From Patescibacteria group bacterium (GTDB lineage Bacteria; Patescibacteriota; Minisyncoccia; Phycocordibacterales; UBA918): a DNA stretch of 56,511 nt. Of this stretch, positions 46,565 to 55,341 are shown piece by piece (the first letter of the stretch is position 1; the number at the start of each line of letters is the position of its first letter). Location: NCBI GenBank assembly GCA_019745315.1, contig JAIETH010000001.1, positions 259,295 through 315,805 of the forward strand, written 5' to 3'. The notes beneath the pieces were generated by a model. The model saw only the letters and a list, made by a program, of their open reading frames with translations, was not told the origin of the DNA and searched no databases. The translations under genes were made by a program, and so were the position numbers.

Positions 46565-48457
46565 ATGTTTATTATTGAAGTCATACCTCTCGGGAAGACC
46601 AGCACACAATCTCTTTCTTACTTTTCTCATAAAACCTATGAGCGAGGGGCGCTCATCCAAGCTCCTGTGCGAGGTAAAACAGTATCTGCGATAGTTATAG
46701 GAGTAACTGATGCGTTCACCATGAAAGCAGCACTACGCGCCGCCACTTTCTCTCTTCGCAAACTTCCCGAACAAACTGGAGAATCAGGTATCTCGCGAAC
46801 ACTCTTTGAAACTGCAGAGCGTGGAGCACGATTCCACGGAACAAGTATTAATGCAGTCCTCTACGCCCTCCTCCCTCGCGAAGTACGTGAAGGCACACTC
46901 CCTTTTTTAAAGTATGCAGAACATAATGATTCGATACCAGCACACGATAGTAAGCCTCGTATTTTTGTAGCCCCCTTTGAAGATCGGAAAGTGGAATACG
47001 GACGCATGGTGCGCGGATCATTCGCAGCACAACGTTCTATTATTTTTGTAGTACCGACGCTCGAATACATTAGTCAATTTGAAGATGTTTTAAAAAAAGG
47101 AATCGAGAATCATACCGTTTCTCTTCATGGAAACCTTTCTCCTTCAGCACTAAAAAAGCAGTACCAGATACTCCAGGAAGAAACCCATCCTCTCCTCATT
47201 ATAACGACACCAGGACACGCCTTCACCGAACGCTCTGACGTAGGAACTATTGTAGTTGAACACGAACGATCGGGTGCATATGTTGGCAAAACACGCCCCT
47301 ACCTTGATTATCGATTCATGCTTACAGAGTACGCACGCCTTCGCGGCACCACCATTCTGCTCGCTGATACCGTCGTGCGTTCTGAAGAAATTTTTATGCT
47401 TGAAACCGAGAAAGCGACTCCATTTTATGAACAACCAAAACGACTCGAGTTGCCTGGTACGCTTTCAGTACTCTCTCTCGATACTGAAGAAACACTTGAA
47501 AAAGCAGTATTTACACTCCTTACAAAAAAACTAGAACACGCGCTTGATGAGGCAATGAAACAAAAAAAGCGAGTCTTTTTGTATTGTGCACGACGCGGAC
47601 TTGCGCCCCTTGTTGCATGTATTGATTGCGGCATGATATTGCGTGACCCAGAATCAGGCGCGCCCCTCGCACTCCTTCGAACCATGAAAAGCGGCATTGA
47701 AGAACGGTGGCTCGTAAGCTCAGTCTCTGGATATCGAACTCGTGCAAGCGATCTCTGTCCACACTGTGGAAGCTGGAGACTTCGTGAGCGCGGCATCGGT
47801 ATCCAACATGTGTATGATGAGCTTATAAAGCGTTATGAGAAAGACAGTGTGATTCTTTTTGATCATCAAACAGCACAAACTCCTAAAAAAGCAGCAACGC
47901 TCAAAAACGCCTTCTACTCGAAAAAAGGCTCTATTCTCCTTGGAACAACCCTTGCACTCCCCTATCTTTCAAAGCCCGTTGATATGAGCGCTGTTGTGAG
48001 CATGGACTCCTTGCGAGCGATTCCTTCATGGCGACAACAAGAGGAAATGTTTGCTCTTTTGATGTCACTTCGAGAAAAAACACACGGCACTGTCTACCTA
48101 CAAACCCGAACCGATGATGACGTCACTGAGTTTGCAAAAAAAGGAGCTTTGGACACTTTCTATACACAAGAATTAACAACGCGGAAAGATTTTTTCTACC
48201 CTCCCTACGCTGTCTTTATACATCTCTCATGGAAGGAGGTATCCACCGCACATTCGTCAACAAAACAAACACTGGCCGAGCTATTTGCGCAGTATCACAT
48301 TTCACTTTATAGTGCCTTGCATAGCGAAGAAAGCGTCCTTCAATGCGGCCTTCTCCGTGTACCATATGACTCATGGCCACACGAAGACATACTCGCAAAA
48401 CTTAAAACACTTCCGCCATCTATACGTATCATGATAAATCCTGATAAAATCGTATAA
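46565..48457 (+). CDS. priA: primosomal protein N' (PriA-like), helicase motifs degenerate
   Basis: N-terminal 3'-DNA-binding domain (LSY...G.L...P.RG), RRG....C..CG, CPHCGS, GIG, YPPY. Upstream of def-fmt. Confidence 0.8.
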   Translation: MFIIEVIPLGKTSTQSLSYFSHKTYERGALIQAPVRGKTVSAIVIGVTDAFTMKAALRAATFSLRKLPEQTGESGISRTLFETAERGARFHGTSINAVLYALLPREVREGTLPFLKYAEHNDSIPAHDSKPRIFVAPFEDRKVEYGRMVRGSFAAQRSIIFVVPTLEYISQFEDVLKKGIENHTVSLHGNLSPSALKKQYQILQEETHPLLIITTPGHAFTERSDVGTIVVEHERSGAYVGKTRPYLDYRFMLTEYARLRGTTILLADTVVRSEEIFMLETEKATPFYEQPKRLELPGTLSVLSLDTEETLEKAVFTLLTKKLEHALDEAMKQKKRVFLYCARRGLAPLVACIDCGMILRDPESGAPLALLRTMKSGIEERWLVSSVSGYRTRASDLCPHCGSWRLRERGIGIQHVYDELIKRYEKDSVILFDHQTAQTPKKAATLKNAFYSKKGSILLGTTLALPYLSKPVDMSAVVSMDSLRAIPSWRQQEEMFALLMSLREKTHGTVYLQTRTDDDVTEFAKKGALDTFYTQELTTRKDFFYPPYAVFIHLSWKEVSTAHSSTKQTLAELFAQYHISLYSALHSEESVLQCGLLRVPYDSWPHEDILAKLKTLPPSIRIMINPDKIV

Positions 48458-48467
48458 TTACCACTAT

Positions 48468-49007
48468 ATGTCCAAGCTTGTATCAACCGAACATCCCGCG
48501 CTCCACGCAACATGTGAGCCTGTTCCTGTTTCCGAGATCACGTCTCCAAAAATAAAAAAAGTTCTTAAGGACATGCGAGCGGCACTCCATGCATACAATG
48601 TTGATGGCTTTGCAGGAGTAGCCATCGCTGCTCCTCAAATTGGGGTACCGCTCCGTATTTTTCTTGTCGAAGATATGAGTCCGGATCGAAAAGATGGTGC
48701 CATAATTCCGTCTCTCGTTGCCATAAACCCAGAAATAGTCAAAGTCTCAAAACGAAAAAAGGTTGTTGGCGAAGGATGTCTTTCTGTTCCGAATGCATAT
48801 GGTGCAGTCAACCGAAGTCTTCAGGCAACTATTCGCGCATATGATGAAAATGGCGTGCGCTATGAACGAGGAGGAAGTGGACTTCTTGCACAAATTTTTC
48901 AACACGAAGTCGATCATCTTGATGGCATTCTTTTTATTGATCGAGCTGAAGAAGTGTGGGACAAAGTAGACGAAATTGAAAAAACCGCCACAGAAGAAAA
49001 AAAATAA
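48468..49007 (+). CDS. def: peptide deformylase
   Basis: GVAIAAPQIG, EGCLS, QHEVDHLDG. Confidence 0.96.
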   Translation: MSKLVSTEHPALHATCEPVPVSEITSPKIKKVLKDMRAALHAYNVDGFAGVAIAAPQIGVPLRIFLVEDMSPDRKDGAIIPSLVAINPEIVKVSKRKKVVGEGCLSVPNAYGAVNRSLQATIRAYDENGVRYERGGSGLLAQIFQHEVDHLDGILFIDRAEEVWDKVDEIEKTATEEKK

Positions 49008-49010
49008 TAT

Positions 49011-49901
49011 ATGTCACATCTCCGTATTGCGTTTTTTGGTACTCCAGAATTTTCTGTCGACATACTAACCGAACTTTCGACCAGCGGCTTTATGCCGTCA
49101 GTCATAGTGACAGCGCCCGACGCACCTCGCGGACGCGGACTCATACTGACACCACCTCCCGCAAAAGTCTGGGCAGAAACACACGACATACCCGTCCTCC
49201 AACCACACACACTGAGGCTCAACAATACTCCTGATACTGACCGCGATATTCTCTATAACAGCGAGTGGGATCTTTTTATTGTTGCCTCATATGGCAAAAT
49301 TCTTCCCCAAGAACTCCTCGATATTCCTCAAAAAGGAACATTGAATGTCCACCCGTCTCTTCTACCCCAATATCGCGGGGCAAGTCCGATACGATCTGCA
49401 ATTCTTGATGACAACAATGAGGCGGTCGGAGTATCGATTATGCTTTTGGACGCTGGTATGGACACGGGCCCAATCGTCGCTCAAGGACGCGTTACCCTAG
49501 AAAAAGAAGATGGTGATTGGCCACCGCGCGCTACCGTTTTAGAAAAACTCCTTGCACATGAAGGAGGAAAGCTTCTTGCAGAAATTATTCCTGAATGGAT
49601 ACAAGGTACTGTAGTGCCCGAACCTCAAAATGAAAGTGAGGCGACAATCTCTAAAAAAATTACTAAGGACATGGGACTCATTGATTTGACCCTCGACCCG
49701 TGGAAAAATTTCTTAAAAATTCAAGCGCTTGAAGGATGGCCTGGAACGTATTTTTTTATAGAAAAAAATGGTGCTCCGATGCGCATAAAAATCACTGACG
49801 CAGTATATAAAGATAACGAACTTCACCTACTTTCTGTTATTCCTGAAGGAAAAAAAGAAATGACGTACGAAGTATTCGCACAGACATACCTCCCTCAATA
49901 G
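49011..49901 (+). CDS. fmt: methionyl-tRNA formyltransferase
   Basis: FFGTPEF, VASYG.I, NVHPSLLP.YRGASPI, MDTGPI. Confidence 0.96.
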   Translation: MSHLRIAFFGTPEFSVDILTELSTSGFMPSVIVTAPDAPRGRGLILTPPPAKVWAETHDIPVLQPHTLRLNNTPDTDRDILYNSEWDLFIVASYGKILPQELLDIPQKGTLNVHPSLLPQYRGASPIRSAILDDNNEAVGVSIMLLDAGMDTGPIVAQGRVTLEKEDGDWPPRATVLEKLLAHEGGKLLAEIIPEWIQGTVVPEPQNESEATISKKITKDMGLIDLTLDPWKNFLKIQALEGWPGTYFFIEKNGAPMRIKITDAVYKDNELHLLSVIPEGKKEMTYEVFAQTYLPQ

Positions 49902-49902
49902 A

Positions 49903-50253
49903 CTACATACTGCGTGCACGCGACTGAATCTCTCGCACTATCACGCTCGCAAAGGAAGGACGATGCCAAATTCCTGGCGTCAATTGTTTTATGAGTTCGT
50001 CTAAGGTCCACTTAGCAATATGTTTTTGAAACCGTGCTGACACACTCGGCACAACTGACTTTTCCCAATCAGGTGGCGCTGTTTTTAAAAAATCCTGAAC
50101 CATTCTCACGAGCTCAAGTGGCGCAGCTTCGGCAAATGTGGAAGGAGCAACGACTGATAGCTGCGGGGGTTTTATTTCCCCAGATAAAGAAGAACCGCCC
50201 CCTGTAATAAGGCGCGGTTCCCAGGTAGTTTTTTTAGGTCTCCCTTCATTCAT
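49903..50253 (-). CDS. hypothetical protein
   Basis: 116-aa ORF 5 nt downstream of hpf. Confidence 0.55.
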   Translation of the reverse strand: MNEGRPKKTTWEPRLITGGGSSLSGEIKPPQLSVVAPSTFAEAAPLELVRMVQDFLKTAPPDWEKSVVPSVSARFQKHIAKWTLDELIKQLTPGIWHRPSFASVIVREIQSRARSM

Positions 50254-50258
50254 ATCCT

Positions 50259-50621
50259 CTACTCACGAAAACGAAATAGTTCTTTCGCCTTTCGCGCACC
50301 TCGACGAAAGAGACTTTCAGAGCGCGAACGTGACTTCTCTAATTCTCGCTTCATATAGTTGCGAGCACTATCAATCGCAGCTTCCATTGTTTCTTCTGCA
50401 GCTTCAGCACGTAGCACTTTTGATGCAAATGCAATATTTATTTCGGTTCGATAAATATTTCCCGCATGATGCTCTGTTGTTTTTTCAAGCTCAACGTCGC
50501 ACACCACATCTCCTTTCGGTAATAGTTTTTCAAGAGTCGCCATGCGCTTCTCAAGAAAGTCAGTAAGTGCAACGGGTGCCTCAAAATTCTTTGTTTTTAC
50601 GTTGATGTGTGGAAATGTCAT
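50259..50621 (-). CDS. hpf: ribosome hibernation promoting factor (HPF/RaiA)
   Basis: I.V..KN......L..F.EKR...LEK, LRAEA....M.AAID, REL. Confidence 0.85.
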   Translation of the reverse strand: MTFPHINVKTKNFEAPVALTDFLEKRMATLEKLLPKGDVVCDVELEKTTEHHAGNIYRTEINIAFASKVLRAEAAEETMEAAIDSARNYMKRELEKSRSRSESLFRRGARKAKELFRFRE

Positions 50622-50664
50622 AGATATATGATTATGCCTACTAACGTCAAACGAGCAATTTCAA

Positions 50665-50907
50665 TTATTCCTTTGGAGCAAAGTGGGTATCGAGATGCTT
50701 CACAATATCTGCAGACTCATAGATCTCAACTCCAGCATCAGTATCTACCAAGTACGGCACCTGACGCTTTCCACCACGAGCAACAAGCTCGTCAGCAATA
50801 CCGCTATCCCCTATGTTTTTCTCATCATACTGAAGGCCAAGTTCATCTAGGCGATGGAGCACCATGGCGCAAAACGCACATCCTGTTTTTACATAGAGCG
50901 TGAGCAT
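50665..50907 (-). CDS. glutaredoxin / GST-N domain protein
   Basis: CAFC, GGKRQVPYLVD, YESADI. Confidence 0.88.
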   Translation of the reverse strand: MLTLYVKTGCAFCAMVLHRLDELGLQYDEKNIGDSGIADELVARGGKRQVPYLVDTDAGVEIYESADIVKHLDTHFAPKE

Positions 50908-51099
50908 AAAAAGTTCTTATTATCTGATATGTGAGCCCGCTTCAGGCACACCCCATTCTATCACGAAGCAAAATGGTGATTTATACACATATATGAAGAC
51001 GGTTGAATCTCTGGAGTTTTACGGTACAATGGCGAAGTTCATCAGGTTGGTGGACGCGTTCGTTCAAAAACATTTGTGGCATTCACAAATAATATATAT

Positions 51100-51172
51100 T
51101 CCGCGATAGTCAGCGGTGGAGGTCAATTACAACGGGGTTGTAATTGACACCTGTCAGATGAAGATTTTGGTC
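51100..51172 (+). pseudogene. degenerate tRNA-Asn copy with a hairpin inserted after the D-arm
   Basis: TCCGCGATAG-TCAGCGGTGGAG versus the tRNA's TCCGCGATAGCTCAACGGTAGAG. 12-bp hairpin at 51122-51148, then CCTGT and ATTTTGGTC remnants. Confidence 0.65.
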
Positions 51173-51223
51173 AACATAGACCTCATTCCAGACATGCCCT
51201 GATCTTCAAAGAAAAAGAGATAT

Positions 51224-51295
51224 TCCGCGATAGCTCAACGGTAGAGCAGCTCCCTGTTAAGGAGTTGGTTCCAAGTTCGAATCTTGGTCGCGGAG
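51224..51295 (+). tRNA. tRNA-Asn (GTT), CCA not encoded
   Basis: Acceptor TCCGCGA/TCGCGGA, anticodon arm GCTCC-CTGTTAA-GGAGT, T arm CCAAG-TTCGAAT-CTTGG. Confidence 0.96.
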
Positions 51296-51303
51296 CTAAG
51301 ATG

Positions 51304-51332
51304 AAAAGACATCCACAATGGATGTCTTTTTT
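51304..51332 (+). terminator. terminator after tRNA-Asn
   Basis: AAAAGACATCCA-CAA-TGGATGTCTTTT(TT). Confidence 0.8.
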
Positions 51333-51441
51333 GTATACAGCGAAGGAACAGACAGCTTCGAATCTTGCCCGATAAACAAATCACATACCTATTGTTCAAA
51401 ACACCTTAACTACAAATTGAAATTGATATATACTACTGGCT

Positions 51442-51570
51442 ATGACACGAATAATTGCATTAAGTCCAAAAAAGAATACAAAGCCACGTCCACGTAAGAC
51501 AAAGAAACGATTAGAAGCAAAACAGGCAATGCTTGCAAAGAAGGCCAGCAAAGGAAGAAAGAAGAAGTAG
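51442..51570 (+). CDS. 42-aa highly basic small protein (not in the ORF track)
   Basis: MTRIIALSPKKNTKPRPRKTKKRLEAKQAMLAKKASKGRKKK. TATACT 7 nt upstream, palindromic terminator 13 nt downstream. Confidence 0.7.
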   Translation: MTRIIALSPKKNTKPRPRKTKKRLEAKQAMLAKKASKGRKKK

Positions 51571-51583
51571 ACAACAGATGCAT

Positions 51584-51627
51584 TACCAAAATCAAAAAAC
51601 GCCTTAAGGCGTTTTTTGATTTTGGTA
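51584..51627. terminator. perfect 44-bp palindrome, probable bidirectional terminator
   Basis: TACCAAAATCAAAAAACGCCTT|AAGGCGTTTTTTGATTTTGGTA. Confidence 0.8.
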
Positions 51628-51735
51628 CAAGAAACAAATTGACTCGTTGAAATATTTATACTACTTTAGTCTCGGTTATGTGATAGCTATTCTGGCTGTC
51701 ACCTGAAACCACAGTACCCACACAGGGGAAAGTCG

Positions 51736-52077
51736 ATGCATCAGAAAAGTTCTCCCAGCAAGAAAACGCGCCGCAGCCGCTACGCAGCAACTCACGGCAA
51801 GAAGGAATCGATGCCGCATATCGCGCTTCGTCGCAGCCTGCTGAAGAAGGTCGCCGAGGAGCGTACTATCCCGGAGCAAGGTCTCCAGTGGATCGGTGGC
51901 GTGCTGTACCGATCCATGGGCGGGGACTGGATCGAAGTCAGCGGCGTTCAGCGTGTGCCGAAGCCGGGACGCCCCGCCATCGGTATCGCCGCCGGCGCAC
52001 AAACTCAGATCTCCCGCAGGGGCGCCGAGGATCCGCCGAAGCCGACACGTCTCTCACTCACGGCCTGGGTACTATAA
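51736..52077 (+). CDS. GC-rich basic hypothetical protein
   Basis: TTGACT-17-TACTTT upstream, GGGGAAAG before the ATG, terminator at 52092-52115. Confidence 0.55.
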   Translation: MHQKSSPSKKTRRSRYAATHGKKESMPHIALRRSLLKKVAEERTIPEQGLQWIGGVLYRSMGGDWIEVSGVQRVPKPGRPAIGIAAGAQTQISRRGAEDPPKPTRLSLTAWVL

Positions 52078-52240
52078 CCAAGCAGCAATACAGCTCCAGC
52101 AATGGGGCTTTTTTTATTTTTATTAAAAAATCTGAACTTAATTCAACCTTTTGATAACTATTGACATAATCTAAATAGTATACTAAGGTATTCGGGCTCG
52201 GGCACATCCGCACGAGTAACCCAATCGAAAGTTCCTTCCC

Positions 52241-52738
52241 ATGACCCAGACGACCAACTCCGTTGGCAACGGCTCCGACATCACCGGCCGCGCCGGCCTG
52301 ATGTCGGGCACCGCGCTCGGCACCGGGCAGACGACCGCGACCCTCGACGCCGCCGATACGCCGGCGATGAAGCCGCCCTTGCACCAGTGCATCTGCAACA
52401 AGATCACCACGCTCGGCACCAATCAGCTCGATGTCTATCGCCTCGCCTTCTTCCGCGAGCTGATCGAGGGCTCCAGCCTCGCGCGCGAGCATGCGACCAG
52501 CCTCCTCGCCGCGACCGAGCGCCGCTGCGTCGAGCTGCAGAGCATGACGGCGATCACCGACGGCGATGCCAACATGCGCGACGAGCTGATCACCGGCCTG
52601 CGGGAGCTCAGCACGATCCTGGCGCAGAAGCTGGACGACATCGCGAACCGCGGCGCCGACCAGGATGCCGGGCATCACCGTCCCGGCGCGGGCGATCTGC
52701 CGGGCGGCACGGCGAGCGTCGTCCACGACGCGGCCTGA
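52241..52738 (+). CDS. very GC-rich hypothetical protein
   Basis: Strong G/C bias at third codon positions in this frame. TTGACA at 52161, hairpins/terminator at 52748-52810. Confidence 0.65.
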   Translation: MTQTTNSVGNGSDITGRAGLMSGTALGTGQTTATLDAADTPAMKPPLHQCICNKITTLGTNQLDVYRLAFFRELIEGSSLAREHATSLLAATERRCVELQSMTAITDGDANMRDELITGLRELSTILAQKLDDIANRGADQDAGHHRPGAGDLPGGTASVVHDAA

Positions 52739-52929
52739 CGCCATCGATCGCGAGACCTCACGCTCGAGGTCTCGCGACCACACACTGCAAGAAACCCTTG
52801 CAGTTTTTTTATTGTATATATCCAAAGAATCTTTTTTTATCACTTCTAAGAAAAACTACAAAAGGTTGCACTCTATCTGCTAGCAGGTATAGTGTCACCC
52901 AGAAAACAACGATAGAGAGGACTCAAAAA

Positions 52930-53238
52930 ATGAGTGCCGACAGACAGAAGCTGCAAGCGCTATCCATTCTCATCGCAGACGAACCACAAGCGCTCGTACG
53001 AGTCCTCGACGTCATCGCAAAACGCGGACTCAATATATCGTCTCTCGAAGTGGCTCCCGTCTCAGCTGAAACCAACGAAGAAAAAAGCTGTGGTATTTCT
53101 CGCATAGCCCTCGTTACAGCGTGTGACGACGATGCAATTTCTCTCATGTGTCACCTTATTGGGAAAATTGTCACCGTCTTTTCTGTTGAGATAGTGACGG
53201 AGAACCTCGCATGGTCATGGCAGATGCCAGCATCATGA
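52930..53238 (+). CDS. stand-alone ACT-domain protein (IlvH/IlvN-like)
   Basis: LSILIADEPQALVRVLDVIAKRGLNISSL.V, SRI.LV, K...V..V. ATG at 52930 after AGAGGA. Confidence 0.75.
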   Translation: MSADRQKLQALSILIADEPQALVRVLDVIAKRGLNISSLEVAPVSAETNEEKSCGISRIALVTACDDDAISLMCHLIGKIVTVFSVEIVTENLAWSWQMPAS

Positions 53239-53269
53239 GAGCTTGAATCAGCAAGAGCCCACCAACACA

Positions 53270-53331
53270 CCCGACAGGAAATCCTGTCGGGCTTTTTATA
53301 TACAGAAAAACCTCCCCAAGGAGGCTTTTCT
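53270..53331. terminator. pair of terminators between convergent genes
   Basis: CCCGACAGGA/TCCTGTCGGG plus T run, and AGAAAAACCTCC/GGAGGCTTTTCT. Confidence 0.7.
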
Positions 53332-53352
53332 TATCTTTAATAATTCAAGAAA

Positions 53353-54531
53353 TTAATCAACGAGACTCCAGAATTTTTTATCTTCTTCTCCATCAATCTT
53401 GAAGAGTGCAACACCAGCGAGATCAAATTCTTCTGCAAGCTCAATCTTCTGCTTCATAGTTTCGGCGTCCCCGTACGCTGCGTAGTTTATTACCACAGTC
53501 TCTCCTGTCTTATTTGCATACGCGAGAGCCTGTGCAGCAACTTTATTTCCACTTGTTGTATCAGACGGGATTTTAAGAGATGAAGAGAACCTTACATCTG
53601 AACCTTTTGGTAAGTACGTAAAACTCATTTCGCCTGCCTTATTTCGACTCGGCTTCACTTTATACTTCTTTGCGAGATCCAGTATGTCTGGCACATTCAA
53701 TGCTCCAATACGTGAATAATCACGATACCAATTTGGCGCCACCGTTATTGCATAGTGATACCCGTATGTTGGAATACCAAGATATATTTTTTCTTTTGGA
53801 ATACTTTGCACAGTGAGTGCAACAACTTTACGCACCCAATCAACATCTGAAACCGGCATATACGGCTGCCCCGCTTTTTCTGCATTCAATTTTATATCTG
53901 CACGCTGCTGATCGTACGCCATGATCTCTACACGATCACAATACTTCGCGATAGCAGCGTAGTCATTTGAGTAATTAATCACCGCAGGAATTTCTTTATA
54001 CAGAGAATCCGGTGGAGTACGTGCTTCAAGTGCACAGGTGAGAATTTTAGAACCCAACTCTCCCTTCAACTCTTTAAGAAATAGAGAGAAGTAGTCTTTT
54101 GTTTCAGAATTTTTGTTTTCGTAGTCAATATTAACTCCGTCATAGTCTCCCTCCTCTACCATATCTACAATAGATTCTATGTGTGACTCGCGGAGGGTGT
54201 CTGAGCTCAATACAGTATAGATACTCGACTGACTACTCCACATAATAGAAGGAATGATTTCCACATTTTCCTTTCGAGCTGTTTTTATAAACGCTTTCCA
54301 GTCTCGCTCATCAAGCCCCGCAAGATCTTTAATATCACCATCATTTTGTACAGTGTAAGCAAACGGAAATATCGTATCGATATCTTTGATATTTTTCTTT
54401 GCGTCTTTAATACCCTGACTATCGCGCCAATACGGAACCCATCCCGCAACCTTAAGGTCAGCAGCGAATGCGTGAGAAGGAATAAAGCCAATAGAAAAAA
54501 CGAAAACAATTACTAGAAAAAATGTGCGCAT
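53353..54531 (-). CDS. secreted glycoside hydrolase family 18 protein
   Basis: Signal peptide (..SHAFA), catalytic DGVNIDYE motif, IMAYD, LGIPTYG. Start set at MRTFF. Confidence 0.88.
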   Translation of the reverse strand: MRTFFLVIVFVFSIGFIPSHAFAADLKVAGWVPYWRDSQGIKDAKKNIKDIDTIFPFAYTVQNDGDIKDLAGLDERDWKAFIKTARKENVEIIPSIMWSSQSSIYTVLSSDTLRESHIESIVDMVEEGDYDGVNIDYENKNSETKDYFSLFLKELKGELGSKILTCALEARTPPDSLYKEIPAVINYSNDYAAIAKYCDRVEIMAYDQQRADIKLNAEKAGQPYMPVSDVDWVRKVVALTVQSIPKEKIYLGIPTYGYHYAITVAPNWYRDYSRIGALNVPDILDLAKKYKVKPSRNKAGEMSFTYLPKGSDVRFSSSLKIPSDTTSGNKVAAQALAYANKTGETVVINYAAYGDAETMKQKIELAEEFDLAGVALFKIDGEEDKKFWSLVD

Positions 54532-54725
54532 GAATGTTTTATGTGTGTGGTTATGTGTGTGTAGCATTATATAGTATGGGACGCACCCTCACTGAACTTC
54601 TTACATGGGAATATCTGGATAAAATGGCTCAATTGAGCCATGGTAAGAAAAACCGGGGTAATACGTCTAAGGTTTTAAGGAGTCCCTCGGAACCCCTTAT
54701 TGTTCTTATTGAGGAGATTAGAGCA

Positions 54726-55271
54726 TTGTCCATACGCAAAGGAATTTTCTGCGTCTGTTTCATCGGCACCTTATTGATTACTGGCGCCAAAGAAATAAAA
54801 GCAGAAACATCTCACGCGAGCTGGTACGGGCCGCAACACCACGGCCGAATGATGGCCAGTGGCTTTCGCTTCGACATGCATACGCTTGTCGTAGCTCACC
54901 GCACTCACCGATTCGGTACACTCATCAGACTCACGCGACACACTCGCGACAACAGAGAGCTGAGCGTCGTCGTGCGTGTCTGTGACCGAGGTCCCTATGT
55001 TGCGGGACGAACCCTCGATGTGTCCTACGCTGCCGCACGCGTTCTTGAATTTGATCGCGCAGGCACGGCATTGCTCCGTGTGGAAATACTCTACTCTCCA
55101 CGAAGCACAGAAGAAGTGCGTGAAGCACGGGCGTCCTGCGGGACGCCTCTTTTTTTACCTGCACGGAAACATATAAGAGTCTCTTATTTGAAGAACTCTT
55201 ATTTTGAGTCAGTGCTACTAGAATTGCCAAGAAACTTTGCTACTTTTATAGCAAAGTTGAGTTGGCATTAA
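54726..55271 (+). CDS. RlpA-like double-psi beta-barrel lytic transglycosylase
   Basis: ASWYG..HHGR..ASG..FD...L..AHRT..FGT, V.V.DRGPY..GR.LDVS.AAA. TTG start after GAGGAG. Confidence 0.85.
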   Translation: MSIRKGIFCVCFIGTLLITGAKEIKAETSHASWYGPQHHGRMMASGFRFDMHTLVVAHRTHRFGTLIRLTRHTRDNRELSVVVRVCDRGPYVAGRTLDVSYAAARVLEFDRAGTALLRVEILYSPRSTEEVREARASCGTPLFLPARKHIRVSYLKNSYFESVLLELPRNFATFIAKLSWH

Positions 55272-55341
55272 AGAAAGGTGGGCGGAGCCCAAACACTAAC
55301 TAGCAAAGAAACCCTGGTTCTGTGCTTTTGCACAGATTTCT

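Noticed and set aside
46487-46660. N-terminal extension of MurA overlapping priA (similar extensions for truB, lexA, terL, mreB2, rlpA)
   Set aside because: Homology starts at downstream start codons, most with a -10 box, RBS or coupled upstream gene. The extensions are longest-ORF artefacts.
25130-48969. Numerous 60-190 aa ORFs antisense to or out of frame within core genes
   Set aside because: They lie wholly within well-supported genes and have no motifs or expression signals.
52058-52929. Long ORFs 52058-52843 (-) and the 5' part of 52387-53238 (+)
   Set aside because: Shadow frames of the GC-rich gene 52241-52738. They cross promoters and terminators, and only 52930-53238 has a recognisable domain.
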